From positions 32,001 to 96,000 of IMG/VR virus record IMGVR_UViG_3300025154_000052: a stretch of DNA of 64,000 bases. One strand, 5' to 3'. The notes under the pieces are model-generated. The model was not told the DNA's origin, ran no database searches, and worked only from the letters and a program-made list of their open reading frames with translations. Positions 42,451 through 52,051 of this stretch are shown one piece after another; the stretch's first letter is position 1; each line of letters begins with the position of its first letter. Origin of the DNA: a virus. Both the position numbers and the translations under genes were made by a program.

Positions 42451-43241
42451 CGCTTCGCCCCTTTTGCCCGTCTGGCCTCGAGCGACCGCACACCGGCATG
42501 ACATCGTGCCCATTTGCCGTTGCACCGCTGGGACGCCGGCAATGTGGGATCACACTCACATGTGATCTGCCTGGCTTCGAGCTCGCCCACCCTGGCAGAC
42601 AGCGCCGCATTCTCACGCCGGAGACGGGCGATCATGGCCTGACTGTCGTCATCCACCACCGGGAGGACAACCCGGGCCGGTGCCAACTCCGGCCACCCAC
42701 GATTGATGATGTGACTAACGACGGTATGCCACCCGATGATCTCCACCACAGCGAGAAGACCGGGATCCCCGGGAGAGTCACCCTTCATCCATGTGGCCAG
42801 CGCCGCCTCGGGGTGTATGCCCCACGGCTCCTTCAGAGCGATGCTCCAGCCGTTGCTCCGAAGTCCACAGGTGTAGCCAGGCTCTACGTCAGAACTACCC
42901 ATACGATGTTTGATTTCGTAGGACCTCGGGTGCTCGAGCGCTCTGAACTGGTCGTAACTCAAAGAAGCAGGGTAGACCCGCCCCGCCGCCTTGACGATAC
43001 GGGTGTTGTGCGAGATGAATTGGTCATCGAAGGTGACCCGCCACCCAGTCTTGACGTCGATATGCCGGGTGGCATACTCCGATCGAAACACCGTCGCGCC
43101 CTCGTCCCGGTAGGGATTCCCCTGCTGGAGAGTGTCCCGCACCAGATACGGCCGATGATTCACGGTGTACACGAGCACACCGTCTCCCAGATCCGACCAG
43201 TCGTCGTCAGTCTGGAAGATCTCTCCCAATGGACCACTCAC
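42447..43241 (-). CDS. Hypothetical protein
   Basis: AAGGAG RBS, GTG start. Confidence 0.65.
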   Translation of the reverse strand: MSGPLGEIFQTDDDWSDLGDGVLVYTVNHRPYLVRDTLQQGNPYRDEGATVFRSEYATRHIDVKTGWRVTFDDQFISHNTRIVKAAGRVYPASLSYDQFRALEHPRSYEIKHRMGSSDVEPGYTCGLRSNGWSIALKEPWGIHPEAALATWMKGDSPGDPGLLAVVEIIGWHTVVSHIINRGWPELAPARVVLPVVDDDSQAMIARLRRENAALSARVGELEARQITCECDPTLPASQRCNGKWARCHAGVRSLEARRAKGAKR

Positions 43242-43555
43242 AGTCGCTCCTTTCCGAATCTGAGCGTCAGCATCAGCCGCTCGCCCAATCCACCGTTCTC
43301 ATCCGTAAACTGCTCACGAACGAACACCCGCCGTACATCGTTATCCAGCCGCAAAACCGCCGATCGAAGCGCCTGCTCTGTGACAGGAAGCGGATCAAGT
43401 ACCACCACCCGAATCATTCCCCGCCCCTGAACACGCACCGCCGCCTCGAGCGCAGGGGGAATCATCACCTGAAACTCCCCCGTAAACCGCGCCACGTCAG
43501 ACCATGTATCCCCGCCATCAGGAGACACCGATACCGTAGAGTCGAAGTCATGCAT
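43238..43555 (-). CDS. Hypothetical protein, first gene of the leftward operon
   Basis: GGAGG RBS. Confidence 0.6.
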   Translation of the reverse strand: MHDFDSTVSVSPDGGDTWSDVARFTGEFQVMIPPALEAAVRVQGRGMIRVVVLDPLPVTEQALRSAVLRLDNDVRRVFVREQFTDENGGLGERLMLTLRFGKERL

Positions 43556-43651
43556 AGCTCAATCCTCCGAACATCTTTCGGGAAAATATGTACCACCATC
43601 ACAACCCGATGGCGGCATCCACACAAGCACTCAAGTACATCGTCCAGAGTA

Positions 43652-43692
43652 ATTCTATCACAGCTAACACAACTTTCAAATGTTATTTTACT
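43652..43692 (-). promoter_or_regulatory. Promoter of the leftward operon
   Basis: AGTAAAAT-N5-TTGAAA-N16-TAGAAT with extended -10. Confidence 0.65.
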
Positions 43693-43693
43693 G

Positions 43694-43736
43694 ATTCCAG
43701 TATTTTCTCACTACGATATACCGCAAATACTGGAAT
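43694..43736. repeat. Perfect 12-bp inverted repeat with a 19-nt spacer
   Basis: ATTCCAGTATTT / AAATACTGGAAT, directly upstream of the promoter. Confidence 0.8.
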
Positions 43737-44245
43737 GAAAGTACATAAATGCTGTACTACCGGCAGTTTTACACTTAAGGATCTGGCTACTAGCAAAATG
43801 GCGCAAGTCCTCAATATATCACTTTATGCTATATGACAAAAGTGCTCACGATTTTGGAAAAGACAAGCATTCCAATATGTTACAAGTTGGCGTTTATTCG
43901 ACAGTTTCTGACACGGTGTCAGCGATTGACAGCGTGTCAGAAACTCATGGGCGGGGTAGCGGATTCAAGGACGGGAAGAGCAAGGTTGAGCCGTGTGGTA
44001 GAACGCGATAGAGAGACTGGTGTAACGGCGAGAGTGAAGGGGAGGAGAGTAGGGACAGTAATGTAAGGGATCGGGAGAGCGATAAGGGGACAGACGAGGG
44101 AAAAGGGCAGAGATCGCGGGAGAAGTGACCCACCCGCCGCCCTCACCGAGCCACCTCTGGCCCAAAATTCACCCCATCCGCCACTCCACCATCTCAGCCA
44201 TCCAATTATACTTGACTGTTCACCCTGTTGATTCCGTAAAGTACC

Positions 44246-44570
44246 GTTTAAAGGAATGACGTAAAAAGCCGGGAAAACACCACTCTTCGCAAAAACACGA
44301 ACAGTCAACGCTATCTTGACGTACTGAAAAACACTGAAACCATCAATCCTGGCGTGATAATCTGGCATCTCACCCGGTGATATGGCCCCTGTTCTCCCTC
44401 TCCAGGAGGTCTCACCGTACCTGTCCATGCCCAGAATCAGCCTTAATTCGACTCTCCAGATAACTACTGACTAGTCGTATTGTTGAAATAGACAAACAAC
44501 GCTTTAAGGAATGACGCTTAAACCCGGGAAAATACAGCACTTTGCAAAAGGGCGAGATTCAGTAGCCTAC
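44246..44570. repeat. Two degenerate ~55-bp direct repeats
   Basis: TTT(A)AAGGAATGACG..AAA.CCGGGAAAA.AC...CTT.GCAAAA at ~44246-44300 and ~44501-44555. Confidence 0.7.
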
Positions 44571-44632
44571 TGGATGAGTGGATATTGCTGAGACATAGGC
44601 TGGTGCTCACCCCAGAACACGGCTCTGGAGCG

Positions 44633-44660
44633 TTGACAGCGGCGCTGGCTGCGTGATAAT
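44633..44660 (+). promoter_or_regulatory. Sigma70-type promoter with no downstream ORF
   Basis: TTGACA-N16-GATAAT. Confidence 0.5.
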
Positions 44661-44666
44661 AGGAGT

Positions 44667-44790
44667 GTCCGGAGCTGATAAAACTGAGACACTAGCCTGG
44701 CTGCGATGTCTCCATCAAGGCCCAGTGTAGGGCGAGATACCCAGTGAGTTGAGGTTCCGATCGTTCATGGATTGTGAATCACCAGCTATT
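44667..44790 (+). ncRNA. Candidate structured ncRNA
   Basis: Follows the promoter; hairpins GAGACA/TGTCTC, GCCC/GGGC and TGGATT/AATCCA enclosed by AGCTG/CAGCT. Confidence 0.25.
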
Positions 44791-45711
44791 CAAAGGGAGT
44801 CTACAAGGACGTGTAAAACCGTACCACTCCGTAAGCCTCTGTACTTCAATGGCATTATTGCCAGGTGCCTACTCGCTGCAAAGGGTCATAAGTTGTCATA
44901 ATGTATGTTATCAGACGTAGGTTTGAGCCGTGTTTTCCCGATTATCGACGTAACTACTTGACAACACACATGTATCATAATGGTCAAGTGAAGCTTGATA
45001 TCCATGCGTAATCAAGAGTGAACATGCAACCCGCACCTGGAATTATCATGCCCAGGTTGTACCAGGAAGGGACGTCCATCAAGCGCTCGCCGTCTCCCCC
45101 TACCTGATGATGATGTGGTTTGCTCGGCCATAGAGGCTGCCCAGTGTCCGAGTTGCGTTATCACCGGCCCGACGATCGCCACACAGCAGCGCTGCATACG
45201 AGTTCGTCATTCTCCGAGGGTGTCTCATTCTCTGGCCTGGCTCTCCTCCTTCGTCACGCGTACCACGCTACGAACCAACCATCTCCTGGACGCCGGAGCA
45301 GTTCATACCTCACCCGGAAAGCGTAAGACAGACGTAAGTGCTCGCTATGATTAAAGATTGTACCATTTTGGGTAAGTGCCTGATTTTTCTACAGAAATTA
45401 GGATTTTCCACAGCGCCGGATGTTTACTCGACCCCTCTCGCAAATTTGTCCATTTTTCCTGGAAATCAGCCCACAGTCTAGTTACACCATACCGCCATAA
45501 GTTAACCATACCTCCCGTGTCCGAGATTCCCTCCCCTCGCGCATCCCCATTTCTTCAGAACCTGCCCCCGACTACTTGTACTTGTTCCTTGTATCATTGT
45601 CTCACCCGCATATACAAGCCGCTGCCCCTCACTCCACCCGATCACTGTTCCCCTGCCGAATCCTGATTCCGAATCGTCCAGAAAAATTTTCCCAGGTTCC
45701 GCTCAAAATCG

Positions 45712-45741
45712 TTGCAAACCATTAAAATAGTGTTGTATAAT
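45712..45741 (+). promoter_or_regulatory. Promoter of the rightward operon
   Basis: TTGCAA-N18-TATAAT, with ATTAAAAT inside the spacer. Confidence 0.6.
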
Positions 45742-45768
45742 AATCACACCACGACGGAGGTGCTTCAC

Positions 45769-46155
45769 ATGACGACTTATCGGCGCCTGGGTATCAACGA
45801 CGACGTAGACTCCTGCGATTGCTGTGGGAAAACTGGCCTGAAGCGGGTGGTCTGGCTTGAGGACGAGCACGGGGCGGTAACCCATTTCGGTGTGAACTGT
45901 GCGGCTCGAGCCCTGGGGCTTTATGGAAGCTTCAAGACCAGTCAGGACCTGAAGGACGCGTTCGACCGTGCCCAGACGGATCGTCAGGCGTATGAAGCAA
46001 CTCGTACCCAGTGTACTGAGCAGACGGCCCGCACTGGTGAGGAGCATGTCATTCTGCGTAGCCGTAGCGGGCATGGGGTTCGCTACCTAGTCATCCGCGA
46101 GAAGGCGTTCAACGCCGCTCCTGAGCGGTACCGTAACTGTTCATTCATGAGGTGA
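45769..46155 (+). CDS. Hypothetical zinc-binding protein
   Basis: GGAGG RBS; CDCCGK..LK...GVNCA. Confidence 0.7.
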   Translation: MTTYRRLGINDDVDSCDCCGKTGLKRVVWLEDEHGAVTHFGVNCAARALGLYGSFKTSQDLKDAFDRAQTDRQAYEATRTQCTEQTARTGEEHVILRSRSGHGVRYLVIREKAFNAAPERYRNCSFMR

Positions 46156-46157
46156 GT

Positions 46158-46688
46158 ATGAACTACATCAATCCCGAGAGTACAGAGATCGGAATGGGAG
46201 AGCGTGTTCTTTACCAGGCGCTCGAGCACAACACGCGCCATGGGTTTTCACTGGCGCTCACACAGACACTCGAAATGCTACTGGGCGCACTGTCTATATT
46301 GCGCGGCCAGACGCGGCGACAGTTGGCCGATGATCTCAGGCGAGCGGGAAGTCAACTCGCTGATGAACTCGAGCGCATCGCCCGTTGCGGCCCGTGGATC
46401 GACGGGTACAGATGGCGGGCGGTTAAGGGCGCCGTCTATCGTGCCGACGTCGATCCCACGCCCGAAGAACGAAGCGAGTGGAACGTCGGGGCAGATGACG
46501 TGTTGCCTCTGCTTCGCATGGTTTACACCAGGCCGGTCATCCGGCGTATCCCTGCGGAAATTCAGGCTTACCTTGAGTCCGAGGGTCTGACTGCCAATCA
46601 GGCGACCGATGCGCCGTGGATTGGTTGGTTCAACTCTGCGGGTGAGATCGTGGCGGTGGTCGCGCCAATCGAGGAAGATGGCGAGTAA
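46158..46688 (+). CDS. Hypothetical protein
   Basis: GAGGT RBS. Confidence 0.65.
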   Translation: MNYINPESTEIGMGERVLYQALEHNTRHGFSLALTQTLEMLLGALSILRGQTRRQLADDLRRAGSQLADELERIARCGPWIDGYRWRAVKGAVYRADVDPTPEERSEWNVGADDVLPLLRMVYTRPVIRRIPAEIQAYLESEGLTANQATDAPWIGWFNSAGEIVAVVAPIEEDGE

Positions 46689-46780
46689 ACGGCGCAGTTA
46701 ACCATTCATGAGGTAACAGAGACATCTGTACCGAGCGTGGGATTGACTGGAAGACGGCGATCGCGTAGTTGGAGGCTGTA

Positions 46781-47236
46781 GTGGGAACCAAGGCACACCT
46801 GTTTATCTTCCGTGGGCTTCCTGCGAGTGGGAAGAGTTCGATCTCTCAGTCCATGCTCGACGCGGGATTGCTGGATGTGGTCGTTACCCGGGATGACATC
46901 CGGCAGGAGATCAAGCCGGGTCGGAAGTTTGTTGATCGGGATCTGCAGTCCGATGCCGATCGTGAATTCGAGCGGATCGTTCTTGAACGACGGAACACGC
47001 TGATTACGAGAGCGCTCTGCGCGGGCATGCGCGTAGCCTGTGCTGACACGAATCTCTCGGGGACTGCGTTGCGGGAGTTACATACTCTCGCCGGCAACAA
47101 TTGTGCCGAGGTGACCATCATCACAGTGGACACTCCTCATTGTATCTGCATCGAGCGGGACAGTGCCCGGGTACGCCCTGTCGGCGCGAAGACAATCCAG
47201 CGGATGTCCCGCGATTGGCACTGGCAGCGTAGGTGA
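46781..47236 (+). CDS. P-loop kinase, T4 PNK kinase-domain-like (AAA_33)
   Basis: RGLPASGKS, RDDIR, DTNL, CIERD..R...VG...I..M. Confidence 0.8.
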   Translation: MGTKAHLFIFRGLPASGKSSISQSMLDAGLLDVVVTRDDIRQEIKPGRKFVDRDLQSDADREFERIVLERRNTLITRALCAGMRVACADTNLSGTALRELHTLAGNNCAEVTIITVDTPHCICIERDSARVRPVGAKTIQRMSRDWHWQRR

Positions 47237-47694
47237 TCATGTCCCTGCTGGCTGACATCACCAGGATCATAGCGGTTCCGTGGTATTCGCCCGGCTTCCC
47301 GGAGGCGTGGCGCGAGTATGCCGACTCCGTGCAGCGGGCCAGGGCGTGTGATGTCTCCAACAGGGAGGTCCGCCAGTTGGTGGCGGTTTTTCTCAAGACG
47401 CCGACTGGATGCCGGGTCACGGAAGTGGTGCAGGACTGTGACGGGCTGGGGTTGTGTCTGAACTACTCGTGTCTGCTGGCCGATTGGCTGGTGGAGCGTG
47501 GCTACCCGGCGTTCGTTGAGTACATCGAGGTGCGACGACGGCCCCATTGGGTAGCGATATTGGGTGAAGTGCGGATCGATCTGACGATGCGTCAGTTTCG
47601 GCAGAATGCCGCATTCCCGTACTTCTCTCGGGTGGCTCGTTTTCAGAGTGCTGACATCACAGAATGCTTGAGCGGGCGTGTTACCGCATGCTGA
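47233..47694 (+). CDS. Small transglutaminase/papain-fold-like protein, paralog of 16244-16618
   Basis: GLCLNYS.LLA.WL, HW, RIDLTMRQF..FP. Confidence 0.6.
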   Translation: MIMSLLADITRIIAVPWYSPGFPEAWREYADSVQRARACDVSNREVRQLVAVFLKTPTGCRVTEVVQDCDGLGLCLNYSCLLADWLVERGYPAFVEYIEVRRRPHWVAILGEVRIDLTMRQFRQNAAFPYFSRVARFQSADITECLSGRVTAC

Positions 47695-47700
47695 CTTATC

Positions 47701-49116
47701 GTGGAGGCTGTTGTGAACGAGTTGATTCCCCGAACGACCGTGACCGAGATCTGCGCTCACCGTGGCGCTGCGATGTCCACCATGCGTGAAGCCGTGGCTG
47801 CTATGGTCCACGGTATTGAACTGGTTGAGAAGTCCGAATATCACGCTCAACATGCGTATGGAGCGGCGCACTTTACCCTTTCTGACCGGAGTGAGTTGAC
47901 AGCATACAAGCGCCTATTCGAGGGGATCGACGCTGTTGCATCTCTCAAGGCGTATCGCCAACAGGTCGACGCCCGGGTGTGGATGAATCTCCTCGCACTG
48001 ACCGGTATGGAGAGCATGATGGACCGGACGGCCAAGGATGAACTCTATAAGCAGCTCTGTGGCGACGTCCCCGAAGTCACCGAGGACACCGTCTGGTCGA
48101 CGTTCGATTCTCTCGCGGGCCAGGCGAAACTCATCTTCCAGCGTGGCCTGGCTCGAGCCTTCATCGACCTTGACCGGCGATTCCGATCACACGACGGCTT
48201 CAAGATTGGGAGCCGGATCATTCTGACCCGCGTCTTTGATGACTGGGGCAGTTGGTCCCACTGGAACGGGACGCGAGATACCATCTGCGACGTTGAGCGA
48301 GTGTTCGCGGTGCTGGACGGCAACAAGCCGAACCCGCGGGGACTGATTGCGGCCATTGATGACAGCAGGGGCGGCAGATACGGGAAACGCCAGTCATACA
48401 TGGAGAGCGAGTATTTCCGTATCCGCACGTTTCAGAACGGCAATGCTCACTTATGGTTCACCAGGGACGAACTCGTCGAGAAGGCCAACCTTCTCCTGGC
48501 CGAGTATTACGGCGAAGTGCTCCCGGACGGTGTCCCGGACGATGTCACCGCGAAGGACATCAAGCAGTGCACAGCGCTCTGCAAGGACCTGTCCTTCTAC
48601 GCCACCCAGGAACCGGTCGTATCGACCATTCTTGACGGTGTCTACTTCCCAGACGGTGCCCATGTGCTCGAGCCATCTGCCGGGACGGGGAATATCGTCC
48701 GTGAACTGCTCCATCGGGGCATGCGGGTTGACGCTGTCGAGGTTGACCCTGGCCGCGTCCGGGTGCTTCAGGAGATGGAGCGGCAGATTCACGGGTTGAC
48801 CGTCACACATGCCAACTTCCTGCAGATGGTTGCTCGGCCCATCTACACCCATGTCGTCATGAACCCGCCGTTCCACGGCACCCACTACATGCAGCATGTC
48901 ATGCATGCATTCGACTTCCTGGCACCTGGCGGGGTGCTCGTCTCCATTCTCCCCGCAACAGTCGAGTTTGGGGAGAGCAAGAAACATGAGGCGTTCCGCA
49001 AGTGGGTGGAGCAGCACAAGGACAACTACTCCGCGTTCCGGGATCTGCCGATCGAGTCGTTCGCGAGTTCGGGAACGCGGATCAACACCGTGTACGTCGT
49101 GCTGCACAAGAGGTGA
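47701..49116 (+). CDS. DUF4942-type domain fused to an N6-adenine methyltransferase
   Basis: YFRIRTFQNGNAHLWF; FYAT, VLEPSAGTG, VVMNPPF. Confidence 0.85.
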   Translation: MEAVVNELIPRTTVTEICAHRGAAMSTMREAVAAMVHGIELVEKSEYHAQHAYGAAHFTLSDRSELTAYKRLFEGIDAVASLKAYRQQVDARVWMNLLALTGMESMMDRTAKDELYKQLCGDVPEVTEDTVWSTFDSLAGQAKLIFQRGLARAFIDLDRRFRSHDGFKIGSRIILTRVFDDWGSWSHWNGTRDTICDVERVFAVLDGNKPNPRGLIAAIDDSRGGRYGKRQSYMESEYFRIRTFQNGNAHLWFTRDELVEKANLLLAEYYGEVLPDGVPDDVTAKDIKQCTALCKDLSFYATQEPVVSTILDGVYFPDGAHVLEPSAGTGNIVRELLHRGMRVDAVEVDPGRVRVLQEMERQIHGLTVTHANFLQMVARPIYTHVVMNPPFHGTHYMQHVMHAFDFLAPGGVLVSILPATVEFGESKKHEAFRKWVEQHKDNYSAFRDLPIESFASSGTRINTVYVVLHKR

Positions 49117-49118
49117 CA

Positions 49119-49490
49119 ATGGAAGACAACGAACTCGAGAAAATCGGGCGGGCGTTGCCCCCTGGCTGGCTGCTACAGATTCATGTTGGCCATGATGTAC
49201 TCGTCATGCTGCTCCCGCCCGGGAGCAAAAGGGACATGATTACGGGCTTCGAGGGAACGATCATCGAGCAACTTCAAGAGGCCGCCACAGAAGCGCACAA
49301 GATGCATCCCAATCCGTGGCCAATGGACTACGCGCATTGCGGCTCATGCCCTCACCAGTCTATCTATCGAGAGCATGAGAGCGGCACTTGCAAGTTGTTC
49401 GGTGAGAGTATCGACATCTTCCCGGTCACTGGCGGACGTGGCGCGATACGTAGCGCCCAGTGTATGAGACACCATGAAGATCCCTACTGA
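49119..49490 (+). CDS. Hypothetical protein
   Basis: GAGGT RBS. Confidence 0.55.
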   Translation: MEDNELEKIGRALPPGWLLQIHVGHDVLVMLLPPGSKRDMITGFEGTIIEQLQEAATEAHKMHPNPWPMDYAHCGSCPHQSIYREHESGTCKLFGESIDIFPVTGGRGAIRSAQCMRHHEDPY

Positions 49491-49839
49491 CAACTTCGAA
49501 CGCTTGGCTGATCGCCTCGAGCAGTGGGCGACTGAGTACGAAGCCCTTGCGGCGAAAGCGGACGCCGTGAAGGTTCACCCTCACAGTGCTACTCGCTGGC
49601 GTGGTCGTGCACAAGGCTACCGGAGCGCTGCACAACTCATCCGGGACGAGATCCGGCGCGAGAACGAGCGGATTCTATCCGCTGAATGCGGATGGTGTGG
49701 ACAGACTGCCGAGATGGACGCTACTGGTCGAATCCTCTCTCACCCGTTTCCGCCTGACTCTGGCCTTGATGGTCCATGCGACGGGGTGGGATTGACACTC
49801 GCTGAACAGTGGGAGCAGGCGACCTTTCGTGAGGAGTGA
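49474..49839 (+). CDS. Hypothetical protein
   Basis: Operon fit. Confidence 0.55.
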   Translation: MKIPTDNFERLADRLEQWATEYEALAAKADAVKVHPHSATRWRGRAQGYRSAAQLIRDEIRRENERILSAECGWCGQTAEMDATGRILSHPFPPDSGLDGPCDGVGLTLAEQWEQATFREE

Positions 49840-49842
49840 CAC

Positions 49843-50307
49843 ATGAACGAAGCACTTCAACGTGCCGGTTATCGCCCGATGCCAGAAGGCGAGGCACAAG
49901 AGGATGAGATCCTGAGTCCGTGGGAGGCGGAGGGCGGATTGTGGCAGTTTGTCTGTCCGCGCTATCAACTGCCTGACATTCTCTATCGTGGTGATTGGAT
50001 CGAGTGGCGAGGTCATGGCGCGTGGTGTCGTCCTGTCAATGCCGTGACCGGCGACTACGATCCAGCAGGTTGGAATGAGCCGATCGTGCCGGCTGAACCG
50101 GGGTGGTGGCTCTGGGATGCCGACGACGGGCGGCGGATGATCTTCCGGATCGACATACCATCGATCGGACCACAAGCGCTCTTCGCTTGGGGTCCGGAAC
50201 CAGTCGAGGACTACGACCTGGACCTGAGTGCCTACGTAGAACGGTTCTGCGTGATCAATGGCGGGCGATGGATCGGCCCCTGTCGCAAGCCAGGGTGTAA
50301 ACCGTGA
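49843..50307 (+). CDS. Trp-rich hypothetical protein, paralog of 18979-19464
   Basis: GAGGAG RBS; shared motifs. Confidence 0.65.
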   Translation: MNEALQRAGYRPMPEGEAQEDEILSPWEAEGGLWQFVCPRYQLPDILYRGDWIEWRGHGAWCRPVNAVTGDYDPAGWNEPIVPAEPGWWLWDADDGRRMIFRIDIPSIGPQALFAWGPEPVEDYDLDLSAYVERFCVINGGRWIGPCRKPGCKP

Positions 50308-50492
50308 TCCCTTTCTGGTGTACATCAGAAGATAGTGACCGGTGCGCCCGATGGCGACGTGTTGATGCCGAGATGACTCGTGTACCCGCGCAACTCACCG
50401 GGCATGTACCCGGCACCGACGACAGAGACTCCGGTGCGACCGGTGCCCTATTGGCAGCAGATAGCTGCCCGAAAGCGGCGGAAGGGATGACG

Positions 50493-51059
50493 ATGAGTAC
50501 CAGGCTAACCAAAGATGCGTTTAAAGCATTGGTGGATCAGGATCTTCAGTGGCTCAAGTCCATGCCTTCTTCGCTGGAGCGTCAGCACATCCTGATGATA
50601 CTGCTCGACGCCGTGGAACATTACTATCCGGATGCGCCCGACATCCGCCCGGCATCGGAGTTGACGCCCGAAAAACTGAAGGCGTGGCAGTGGTGGACCA
50701 TCGTGGGTCAATTCGGTACGGATACCCGGAGTGACCTGTCCATCATCGACGACAGCGACCCGGATGGACCGGCGCTGCATGATGGCGGGTTCGAGCGGTG
50801 GTATCTGGACCGCGTCAGAGTGTATCCCTGTCATGATGGCAAGCCGTGGCGCCCGGCTTCGTGGCCCGAAGTCGATCAGGCGATACACGCAGCGGAAGCC
50901 TCGAAGCGCGAGGAGGATACTACCGGAGAGTGTCTTTCCTGCTCTGATGCGCGGGAGGAAGAGGTCTGCCCGAAGTCGAAGCGGGCATGTAAGCACCACT
51001 GCAATCATTCGTGGTCCCATGACGAGTGTTGCTGGTGTGGACAGACGTGGGACGAGTAA
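50493..51059 (+). CDS. Hypothetical protein with Cys-rich C-terminus
   Basis: Start uncertain (frame open from 50304). Confidence 0.55.
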   Translation: MSTRLTKDAFKALVDQDLQWLKSMPSSLERQHILMILLDAVEHYYPDAPDIRPASELTPEKLKAWQWWTIVGQFGTDTRSDLSIIDDSDPDGPALHDGGFERWYLDRVRVYPCHDGKPWRPASWPEVDQAIHAAEASKREEDTTGECLSCSDAREEEVCPKSKRACKHHCNHSWSHDECCWCGQTWDE

Positions 51060-51061
51060 TC

Positions 51062-51358
51062 GTGCAGTATCAAGATGCCGTCTCCCAGTGGCTCGAGGAA
51101 GTGCGGGCTGTTGGAGCTCACGGAACACGACTCATTGACTACCTGGTCTGGACGTATCCCGGCAACGGAGCAGCAACGGACAGCGCTGACGGGCTACTCC
51201 GGGACCTTGTAGACATGGGCGCTGTAGTACCTGCCCGATGGAGTCCCACGACGTCACAGCGGGCGTTTATGGGCCTTGTTTATCCGGGTGGACTCCAGCA
51301 GGGTTTCGAAGCCGGTAAGCGTGCCTGCTGGTGGTATGAGGCTGTGAGTGAAGCGTAG
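51062..51358 (+). CDS. Hypothetical protein
   Basis: Operon fit. Confidence 0.45.
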   Translation: MQYQDAVSQWLEEVRAVGAHGTRLIDYLVWTYPGNGAATDSADGLLRDLVDMGAVVPARWSPTTSQRAFMGLVYPGGLQQGFEAGKRACWWYEAVSEA

Positions 51359-51572
51359 ATCGAACTGTCTCATCGCTGTCCTGATTCTTCGACGACGGCT
51401 GAAATGTGGTCGTGTCAAGATGCGGTGGTGGCCACGTCGCCTATTACCTCACTTCTTTCTTGAACTCTCTGACGGCTGGTCCATCCATTACACCTGGCCG
51501 ACAGAGAAGACTAAAAGTATCGGTTCGTGTTTGTGGTTTCGGGGCGAGTTTCGACTGGACAGATTCAGTTGA
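51348..51572 (+). CDS. Small basic hypothetical protein
   Basis: Operon fit. Confidence 0.45.
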   Translation: MKRRSNCLIAVLILRRRLKCGRVKMRWWPRRLLPHFFLELSDGWSIHYTWPTEKTKSIGSCLWFRGEFRLDRFS

Positions 51573-51586
51573 ACGCAGGAGCAGTC

Positions 51587-51822
51587 ATGAACTGGCTCGA
51601 GTACCTGAAGACGTGGTTCGTTCTCCCGGATGGGAGTAAGCGACGAGCCAGGTAGTCGGCGGTCCCTGGCTCGTGGTCCAGGTGGACGGCGGCGAGTGGC
51701 GGAATGTGGACTTCAAGTCGTCGCTAAAACTCAGGGCGACGATCTCAGCGTGCGATAACCTGGCGGAGATCGAGGCGTGGGTGGTCCATGGCTCGCAGTG
51801 GAGCCCGTTTGTGAAGGAGTGA
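51587..51822 (+). pseudogene. Probable frameshifted small gene
   Basis: AGGAG RBS; 22-codon ORF whose -1 frame continues (QVVGGPWLVVQVDGG...) to TGA at 51822. Confidence 0.4.
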
Positions 51823-51829
51823 GGAGATC

Positions 51830-52036
51830 ATGGGCGAAAAGAAACGTCGATTCAAACTGAGTGCCGAGTTGGTGGACGGTGACCATTGGACGATCCTGGA
51901 CCGTCCTGAAGATGTCCTGCAGATGGTGCAGGCATGGTGTGAGGAACGGCTCACGTACGGCGGAGCAGGCGAATCCTGCTCTATTGACGTAGTCGAGATG
52001 ATTGACGAAGAGGTCGCGGCACTGCCGGAAATCTGA
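51830..52036 (+). CDS. Small acidic hypothetical protein
   Basis: GAGGAG RBS. Confidence 0.6.
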   Translation: MGEKKRRFKLSAELVDGDHWTILDRPEDVLQMVQAWCEERLTYGGAGESCSIDVVEMIDEEVAALPEI

Positions 52037-52051
52037 AGGGATGAGGGGATT

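Noticed and set aside
43588-45666. ORFs called in the central intergenic region (e.g. 43937..44428, 45115..45354)
   Set aside because: Low-complexity composition driven by purine/pyrimidine tracts, no convincing RBS or motifs, and overlap with promoters and repeats.
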